A stretch of DNA of 25,145 nucleotides, taken from a virus. Lineage: Duplodnaviria > Caudoviricetes. The position numbers and the translations under genes were made by a program. This document shows, piece by piece, positions 18,480 through 25,145 of this stretch (position 1 is its first letter; the number at the start of each line of letters is the position of its first letter). The DNA lies in the IMG/VR virus record IMGVR_UViG_3300021960_000471, positions 1 through 25,145 of that record; one strand, given 5' to 3'. The notes beneath the pieces were generated by a model. It was not told the origin of the DNA. It ran no database searches and saw nothing but the letters and a program-made list of their open reading frames with translations.

Positions 18480-21400
18480 CTAGCCCTTTTTCTTACACTC
18501 GTTTCCGTTAGCATCAAAAACATTTCCGCGGGCTTGCTTCTTCTGGAACGATGGAAGAATCTTGTATGAAGGATTAAACCTAAATTTCTCAACAATGCCG
18601 CTAACCCATTCTCCAACAGGATCTCTATCACCATAATCTGGTGTTGACCATTTTCTGTTGCGATAGTGAGTACGGAAGGCATTCTTCATAAAGCGTGTTG
18701 TCTTGCGAAGAATTTCTTGGTCCCATTCGTCATAGTCTAAGAAACCAAAGCTTGTGAACCATCCATTACGATCGTCTTCAGACAACCAGCCCGGAATGTT
18801 TGTAATCTCCGCTACCCAGTCTGGGGGATCTATCTCGTCATTCCACCTGAATCCCTTGAAGTGGGCACCGGGCTTCTTCGCATCGGTTCCAGCTAAATCA
18901 TCAAGCGATGTTGGCAGTTTAGGCGAATTCAATGTTCCACTAGGAGTTACCCATTCGCCAATAGACGGAGTAAGTCCAAGGCTGTTATACATTGCAAGAA
19001 GAGACAACGACTTCTTCATAGAGAAAATATAATCAACAACAAAGCGATAATGTGCTTCGTGTTGAAGTTGGTTAATCAGGCACCATAATATCTTACTGTC
19101 TGCCTCAATACCGATAAAGCGAGGACACTCAACATCGACGGCGCTCATCTTTGTAGATGCCATTGGTATCTTTTGCTTTGTGGCGGGATCAAGCATACCA
19201 AACTCAAGCATGTATTCGACTCCAAGGTTTCCAGTTACGCCGACAGGACGACCTTCGCCAATCACTTCATTGTCTCTTATTATTTTCTCCTTAACAAGTC
19301 TCATGTCTCCGGGGAAATTGTCTGAAATAAAGCCTGTCTCTGCTCGGACCTTGTTGACGCCTTCTTCATTTGAATATTTTGTTCCGTTAATGACAATAAA
19401 CTTCGCCAAGTAAAAGTCTTTTGACGTATCAGCAGTTGAACCTATGTCTCCGAGAGTATTTTCGGTACGCTGTATCGTGTAGCCATTAGCACCTTCATTC
19501 GGGACGACCTCTTCTTTGAGTGAATATACTTCAAGCTCATGAGCAAATGGTATTAATCTATCTTGCTCTTCTGTGTCGCTGTGTTCAGCGCCTGCCATGT
19601 ATATCAACTCTCCATCTATATCAATGTGAGTGTGGTATTCTCCCACATATGGATCGCCGCTTGGTAATACAAGCTGGTCGCCAGTTGAATAGTGGTTATT
19701 GCCAGACGTAGGCAACGAATCTCTTTTGACTCTAAACTTGTGCTCTCCATGTAGCTCTAAGTTTTCTCCACCAGCGCAGTACTCATTGAAGAAATAGTAG
19801 TTCATATTGTTGTACTTTGGACTCAAACCACCTCTACCGGCGTTCTTAATAAACAAGTTTCCAACAGCAACCAACTGCTCATGGACTAGTTCTTGTAACA
19901 CCAGTTTTGCTTCGTCTTCGACCTTTTTAACTGCTTCAAGGTTTTTGCTCTCACGGAAACTCTTGATAGACTCAAATGTGCCATAGTCTTCACTGTTGAA
20001 GTCATCGAAGTCCCATGGATACTTATACGACTTCTGGAGTCTGTCAATTTTCTCAAGTGCCCTACGGATAGGATCGGGCATATTCTCTAGTGTAATGTAT
20101 TCATCGTTTGGATCATCCAAGCGCGCAATGTAATATTGAACACTCATCTCCAAGAAAGCATACCAAAACTCGTTATCATTGAATGGGTTAAGCCAGTTGC
20201 CGCCAGTGCTCATACAAGATTCTTTCATGATCTCTACGATAAAGCCAGAGTATATCTTGCTATAGTTTTCTTCAAAGTTTGGTGCAAAAGTAGCAAATGT
20301 TCCGAGGCCTCTCATTATTTCAACATTAGCAAAACAGCGTATACCAGCCATTATAAGTCCACGAATTGCCGCTTTTCCAGTTCTCGGAAGAATTCTATCG
20401 AACGGAAGCTCCTTGGTGCAGTCTGGGTCGCCTGTTAATCGATCATCCTCTGATAAAGATGCATACGTATCACGAACCATCTTCTGCACCTCTCCAAAGC
20501 CAGTTATTCCTTCTTGCTTACTCTTACAAGTTCGCGGACTTTGTTCTGGGAACATAATATCTATCATACCAGTCCAACCTGTGTTGGGAGGCGGCTTGGC
20601 GTATACAGGCGGGAAGACATAAGAACCGCCATATTTTCCGGGCTCAAGATAGAATATACCTATATCTTCTGGGTTTTCTTGGTTTTTGTGAGCGTTATAG
20701 CTTATGCCTAAGAATGCTTCATCGGACATCCATACGTATGTTGAACCACCTTCTCCATCAGAAACCTTAAGGTTCCAGTAAGGTACCCAATCTCCTATCT
20801 CATAGTCGTCTTTATTGTACTGGTATAGCTCGGCATCAAGCGTAACGCCATACTCAAAATCCTTTCGTGTATAGTTCGGGAATGTAGCACCAAATAGCCA
20901 ACCGTTATTGTTATCATAAATTTTCGTGGCAAAGTCTTCAAAAAAGCGTTCGTTGATTCTGTTATATACAGACTCTGCGGAGTTCCCATTAATGCTAGTA
21001 GTGATACCATTTTCTCTTTCTGACATTCTAACCATGTCTATCAAACCAAGCACCGGAGGCGAAAGCGGACTTTGTCTTTCGAAGCTTGATGCTAATAGTG
21101 GCATATTTGCCAAATCAATATCACCAAGTGTATCGTCAATAGACAAGAATTCAAACCTCTGAGAGGTTATGACACTCTCGGCGCCGTCAAAATTCTTTAA
21201 TGCTTCATTCTCTTGTCCGGACGAAATAGAAGGATTACCAAGCCCAAAAGGAGAATCTAAGTTGATAGCTGTCATTACTTCGACACGTACACAATCATCA
21301 GGTCTATTTTTGACGGCTGAATCTTCAATTATCAAATCTTGGTAATATGCTCTAATTTCATAACCAAAGCCGAAACCGGCATCTTTGCTTCCACCACCAA

Positions 21401-24400
21401 ATACATTACTTGGGGCACCCCAGCCAGAGCGATAGCCCTTTCCATTATCGCGATAAGTTAAAACAATATCAGGCGTCCTCTTTCTACCCTTCTTTGTAAA
21501 AACAACCCGATCATTGCCGAAATCAACTCTCGCAGAGACATTATAGCCATAGTTTGCTGTGTCAACCAATTCTACATCTGTGTCCCAGAAGAAACCCTCG
21601 AAGCCAAGCTTGTCAAAACTTCTAGAAAAACTCTTGGATGGTCGCCAGTCATTTGTTGAAGAAAATTTCATAGACTGAAACGGTATATGACTTGAACCTC
21701 CGTAGAATTTAAATGTAGCGCCTCCTCTTAATTCGTTTTTGAATCTTGAGTCTTGACTATAGCCCCCAACTGCCGTACCGACACCAGCACCTCTGGGGTT
21801 AAATTGCTCATGAAGATATCCAGCAACCCATTTTGGATAGGCGCCGCGGCGAGAACTGAAAAGCAGCAGATCTATTAAGTAAATGAAAATTAAAAAGGGT
21901 AATGTTACGATGTAAGCTACGAAATTTACAAGCCAAATTGGTATTTTCCACACACTTGATGGTATACTGGGGGGTCCTTCGAGTCCGCCTTCTGATGGTT
22001 CTCCATAATAAGATACCCATTCTGCACCGGCATTTGTTTTCTCTTGATGAACGGTCCAAGGGTTTCCGTATGTATCGGAAAGGACCATATTAAGAAAGCC
22101 CCAGTCTTTTTGTTTCGAGAAGAAACCACCTTCGCCCAACATATCCGCGGCGAACATCGCCTCTATTCTCTTAACATCGCCCTCAACGGTGAGCATAGCT
22201 GCTTCTTTCAACTCTTCAGGTTCGTAAGGTAACAAGCCATTTTCGCAACCCGGATCAGAGAATACCGGTGGCATATTCGCTTCGATTAAGTTTGGTATAC
22301 CCATCTGCAAAGTATTTGCTACATCGTCTAGATCTTCGAGCAACTGTTGTTTTGCGTTTTGGTTTAAGGACTCACATTGTGCAGGTGACATTCTGCCCTC
22401 TAAGAGTGAACATCTTTGTTGCTCGAAAAGCTGAAGCTCCTCTGGAGTCGAACACATCGATGGGTTTGCAGGCCCTGCTATTTCCTCTGGGAATGCTTCA
22501 AGAATTTCTCTCATATCTGCTCTTGTTTGAGCAGGAATAAGAACGCCAACATTTGTAAAGAAGCTAGAGATGGAAGACTTACTCGGGAAAGCATCGCGGT
22601 ATTCTGGGTAATCGAACTCAATGATATTGTCAACCAGTTCGAGCGCAGTAGAAGACGGTCCAGACAGGAAAGACTCAAACACTTCCTCTCTAGTCATCGT
22701 GTTAATCGCATCCGCGAAGAAGTTGACAGCAGTCTCCCTATCAGCCAACGCAGCGCCGCCAACACCAAGCTGGTCAACCAACGATACAACTGTATCTTCA
22801 ACAAGCTTATCGTCAGCCGTAGGTCCACAAATAGTATCCCTAATAACTCCATACAAAGTATCTCTACCGCTCAGTAAGTCGGGTAATGACCCAGCGATAG
22901 CGCCGACAGTTTCCAAAGCCTTACAGATGGCATTACCAATGATTTCGCATATCTTTGCAAGAATCATCAGAAGTATCTTAACAAGTAACATTATCAGCAG
23001 CTTTTTCAATACTGCGAAAATTAAACCCAAGATGTCACTGAGTTTTGGCCAAGCCCTAAATGGGTTTTCCATTCTTATTGATACAATATCTGTAGGGCTC
23101 TGACAGAATGGTAGCGATAGACTCTTAATGAAGTCCATGATACCGGGGTTAAATAACGGCGGTGTCGGACAGTCAAACAAAGATATAACTGCGGAGATAA
23201 GTTGAGCACCGGGGAAAGCACTGAGATGGTCCAGAAGAGCCAGATAGTTGTCTTCATAAACCTCGATTAAAGCTAAGACATATGCGTCAAGCACGACACT
23301 CGGATCTAAACCGTCCTTAGAAGCAGATGAAGGTCCACCAAGTTTTTCAGAAAGAGTTCTCCTCTCTTGTGTTGGGTCATATCCAACAATACCGGGGTTC
23401 TTGGATGCTTGTGTGCCGCCAAATGGTCCGGGGCGACCAATAGCTTGCTGATGGGCTACATATTCCTCGTTTTCCCATGGTTTTTCAATCCTGTATCCAC
23501 CCCAGAAAGGTGCGGATTCAGCAGCAGGTGAGCGGTCACCTAAGTTTTGGAAAGGCTTTCCTTCTCTCAGATTCTTTCTTACTAATGCATCTAGCTCTGC
23601 TCTCTTTTCTGGTGGAAGCCCAACAAAAAGTGCTCCGAAGTCTTCGACACCCATGGCTTTTAGAGATGTCAGCAAGATTCTACCTAATGCCTCTTCTAGT
23701 GCCAAACCCTTAAATAAACATTCCATTGCTTCGAAGAGAAGATCGAATAAACCACAGAACTTTAATGGCCCTAGTCCATGTCGGTACAGTTGATCCATTT
23801 GGTCCATTCCCATACCACCGAAACCATGCGCTAATAACGCTCTCTTACACATGTTGACAAAGATCGGATCCTTTTCATCAACCGTAAAAAAGGCTTGCAT
23901 CTGTGACTGGGCTTCCATGTTAAACAGGTCTGTGAACGTGGAACCGGGTGCCAGACCTTGTGCTGCCAAATCTTTTCTTACTTCATCTGGATTTGAACGA
24001 CAAAGTGACTCATGGAATTGTTTAGCAATTGCGTCTCCAATGCTAAACACTTCGTCAAAAATGTCCTGTCCAAGTTCCTTAAATTCATTTTCGAGGTTAT
24101 TGGCTACGCAGCCACTAATACTGGGTTTTCCAACTGGTCCTTCCGCGGGCTTGTAAACATAAATCTCTGGATACGTGTACTCTTGTAAGAAATCAAGCCA
24201 AGGCTTTGGGCGGCGAGCTTCTGCATCACGAATCATATTTTTCTGGTTAGCAAAATATGCTACGGCTGTTCTATCTCTCCAACCACTTTGTCTTCTTAAG
24301 CTAGCAAGCCTTCTTTGTTTATATACGGCGGCTGGTCTATCCCTACAGCCTCTAGTATAAACTGACAGTTTCTTAATTCTATAGTCTCCGGAAAATACCA

Positions 24401-25145
24401 TTCGCATCTTTGTTATAAGTTCATCCGAACTAAAAAAGTCAAAGAAACTAACACCAAGTGTATATCCCCTCGCAGCAAGCCAGTTATCTAACTGATGGTA
24501 CGTGTCTGCTAAAATACCGGATCCGAAAAAGCCATCGTCGCCATAGTCTCCGAGGTTGAACATTCTATCAGTTTTCTTAAACTTCAGGTTTCCACCCTCA
24601 GTGGCTCTAAATACTTTGAGATATCTATTGTAGAGATCTAATGTTTTTCTGAGCTTTGTTATTTGCTCATTCATACTAGCTGCTAATATTGTGACAACTA
24701 TATCATCTGCTTCTACTTCTTCTTCATCAGAATCAGAATAATCATCTTTAATAGGTGGCAACTCATAAATGTCATCAAAGTCTAAAGAATACAATAACTT
24801 AAGTCTTGAACCAGCGCGAGCTTCAAGGTAGAAGTCAGTGTAGTCAGTTACTTTCAATAGTTTTTCTATTGTCTCACGTGAGTCATCTTTTTGGAAATGT
24901 TCTACTAGGGCTTGTACTGCTCTGGCAGCGTATTTGTCATAAATCGATTTCAAAACAACCGCTGCTTCTTCTTCGGTCATCCCTTCTACATAACCAGTTG
25001 TTGTCTCAGGGGTAACGTAGGTTATTTGATACTTACAGCTTTTTTCATTAAGAATGGGGTTCAACTGGTTTCTGTTGCGCCAGTTTCCGATGATGGAATA
25101 AGGGTTAGGTATACATTGTCTGCATTTTTGGATTGGGGTTGGTCC
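18480..25145 (-). CDS. Very large hypothetical virion-associated protein (>2220 aa), 5'-truncated, with an internal transmembrane-like segment
   Basis: The track starts it at a TTG (25064), but the frame is open for another 27 codons to the window edge (GPTPIQKCRQCIPNPYSIIGNWRNRNQLNPIL...), so the true start is probably upstream. It ends at a TAG at 18482-18480. Confidence 0.88.
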   Translation of the reverse strand, partial: GPTPIQKCRQCIPNPYSIIGNWRNRNQLNPILNEKSCKYQITYVTPETTTGYVEGMTEEEAAVVLKSIYDKYAARAVQALVEHFQKDDSRETIEKLLKVTDYTDFYLEARAGSRLKLLYSLDFDDIYELPPIKDDYSDSDEEEVEADDIVVTILAASMNEQITKLRKTLDLYNRYLKVFRATEGGNLKFKKTDRMFNLGDYGDDGFFGSGILADTYHQLDNWLAARGYTLGVSFFDFFSSDELITKMRMVFSGDYRIKKLSVYTRGCRDRPAAVYKQRRLASLRRQSGWRDRTAVAYFANQKNMIRDAEARRPKPWLDFLQEYTYPEIYVYKPAEGPVGKPSISGCVANNLENEFKELGQDIFDEVFSIGDAIAKQFHESLCRSNPDEVRKDLAAQGLAPGSTFTDLFNMEAQSQMQAFFTVDEKDPIFVNMCKRALLAHGFGGMGMDQMDQLYRHGLGPLKFCGLFDLLFEAMECLFKGLALEEALGRILLTSLKAMGVEDFGALFVGLPPEKRAELDALVRKNLREGKPFQNLGDRSPAAESAPFWGGYRIEKPWENEEYVAHQQAIGRPGPFGGTQASKNPGIVGYDPTQERRTLSEKLGGPSSASKDGLDPSVVLDAYVLALIEVYEDNYLALLDHLSAFPGAQLISAVISLFDCPTPPLFNPGIMDFIKSLSLPFCQSPTDIVSIRMENPFRAWPKLSDILGLIFAVLKKLLIMLLVKILLMILAKICEIIGNAICKALETVGAIAGSLPDLLSGRDTLYGVIRDTICGPTADDKLVEDTVVSLVDQLGVGGAALADRETAVNFFADAINTMTREEVFESFLSGPSSTALELVDNIIEFDYPEYRDAFPSKSSISSFFTNVGVLIPAQTRADMREILEAFPEEIAGPANPSMCSTPEELQLFEQQRCSLLEGRMSPAQCESLNQNAKQQLLEDLDDVANTLQMGIPNLIEANMPPVFSDPGCENGLLPYEPEELKEAAMLTVEGDVKRIEAMFAADMLGEGGFFSKQKDWGFLNMVLSDTYGNPWTVHQEKTNAGAEWVSYYGEPSEGGLEGPPSIPSSVWKIPIWLVNFVAYIVTLPFLIFIYLIDLLLFSSRRGAYPKWVAGYLHEQFNPRGAGVGTAVGGYSQDSRFKNELRGGATFKFYGGSSHIPFQSMKFSSTNDWRPSKSFSRSFDKLGFEGFFWDTDVELVDTANYGYNVSARVDFGNDRVVFTKKGRKRTPDIVLTYRDNGKGYRSGWGAPSNVFGGGSKDAGFGFGYEIRAYYQDLIIEDSAVKNRPDDCVRVEVMTAINLDSPFGLGNPSISSGQENEALKNFDGAESVITSQRFEFLSIDDTLGDIDLANMPLLASSFERQSPLSPPVLGLIDMVRMSERENGITTSINGNSAESVYNRINERFFEDFATKIYDNNNGWLFGATFPNYTRKDFEYGVTLDAELYQYNKDDYEIGDWVPYWNLKVSDGEGGSTYVWMSDEAFLGISYNAHKNQENPEDIGIFYLEPGKYGGSYVFPPVYAKPPPNTGWTGMIDIMFPEQSPRTCKSKQEGITGFGEVQKMVRDTYASLSEDDRLTGDPDCTKELPFDRILPRTGKAAIRGLIMAGIRCFANVEIMRGLGTFATFAPNFEENYSKIYSGFIVEIMKESCMSTGGNWLNPFNDNEFWYAFLEMSVQYYIARLDDPNDEYITLENMPDPIRRALEKIDRLQKSYKYPWDFDDFNSEDYGTFESIKSFRESKNLEAVKKVEDEAKLVLQELVHEQLVAVGNLFIKNAGRGGLSPKYNNMNYYFFNEYCAGGENLELHGEHKFRVKRDSLPTSGNNHYSTGDQLVLPSGDPYVGEYHTHIDIDGELIYMAGAEHSDTEEQDRLIPFAHELEVYSLKEEVVPNEGANGYTIQRTENTLGDIGSTADTSKDFYLAKFIVINGTKYSNEEGVNKVRAETGFISDNFPGDMRLVKEKIIRDNEVIGEGRPVGVTGNLGVEYMLEFGMLDPATKQKIPMASTKMSAVDVECPRFIGIEADSKILWCLINQLQHEAHYRFVVDYIFSMKKSLSLLAMYNSLGLTPSIGEWVTPSGTLNSPKLPTSLDDLAGTDAKKPGAHFKGFRWNDEIDPPDWVAEITNIPGWLSEDDRNGWFTSFGFLDYDEWDQEILRKTTRFMKNAFRTHYRNRKWSTPDYGDRDPVGEWVSGIVEKFRFNPSYKILPSFQKKQARGNVFDANGNECKKKG

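Larger units (their letters stand above)
1..25145 (-). other. Baseplate/tail structural gene module of a large contractile-tailed phage (Caudoviricetes, myovirus-like); one minus-strand gene cluster extending past both window edges
   Basis: Adjacent gp25-like, gp6-like and gp7/gpI-like wedge genes and very large ORFs. All genes are co-oriented, with intergenic gaps of only 14-43 bp or overlaps. No cellular housekeeping genes are present. A bacterial contractile injection system cannot be formally excluded from this window alone. Confidence 0.85.

Noticed and set aside
18468-18482. TAG stop as a sign of stop-codon reassignment or readthrough
   Set aside because: An in-frame TAA follows three codons later, and all genes are long and intact under code 11.
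18449-18682. 77-aa overlapping ORF and an A-rich run (AAG AAA AAG) at the end of the 2194-aa gene as a possible programmed frameshift
   Set aside because: G-AAA-AAG is not a canonical slippery heptamer. The -1 frame stops within a few codons, and the +1 frame ends before gp25 without creating a fusion.
24700-24750. Acidic tract DDYSDSDEEEVEADD
   Set aside because: A short low-complexity linker of a kind common in large phage proteins; no specific function can be inferred.
1-25015. The many short plus-strand ORFs and alternate-frame minus-strand ORFs (60-160 aa) in the track
   Set aside because: They lie within or almost wholly within long minus-strand genes, many start at TTG/GTG, and they have the Ser/Leu-rich composition of antisense shadow ORFs. 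None has a recognisable motif.
3858-25145. Inteins or introns explaining the giant ORFs
   Set aside because: I saw no HN-[C/S/T] splice junction or LAGLIDADG motif, and the reading frames are uninterrupted.
1-25145. The window begins and ends with TTGGTCC
   Set aside because: Only 7 bp match, both ends lie inside open reading frames of different genes, and the match does not support a terminal repeat or circularity.
1-25145. DGR template/variable repeats, CRISPR arrays, tRNAs or intrinsic terminators
   Set aside because: The largest intergenic gap is 43 bp. I noticed no long near-identical DNA repeats or GC-rich hairpin/U-tract at gene ends. A self dot-plot would be needed to exclude diverged repeats.

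Overview
The window is almost entirely coding. It holds seven co-oriented minus-strand genes, three of the six junctions overlap, and there is no room for RNA genes, CRISPR arrays or mobile elements. It reads as the baseplate/tail module of a large contractile-tailed (myovirus-type, probably jumbo) bacteriophage using the standard genetic code. In transcription order (right to left) the genes are: a 5'-truncated >2220-aa protein with a strong transmembrane-like segment; a T4 gp25-like wedge protein; a T4 gp6/baseplate-J-like wedge protein; a 532-aa DNRLRE/CBM96-like protein; a 3603-aa protein with a split P2 gpI/T4 gp7-like core and three LamG-like domains; a 361-aa hypothetical protein; and a 3'-truncated >=920-aa protein that the ORF track omits. 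Two signals are not explained by the annotation. (1) A [S/T]-[G/A]-S tripeptide occurs about 57 times in the two lectin-like proteins and about twice in the other ~4200 residues, which suggests a virion post-translational modification sequon. (2) I found no CCWGG site in 25 kb, and all 30 Pro-Gly pairs use CCC/CCG for Pro, which suggests strong avoidance of an EcoRII/Dcm-type site. Family assignments come from motif recognition and counts are manual; no database search was run.
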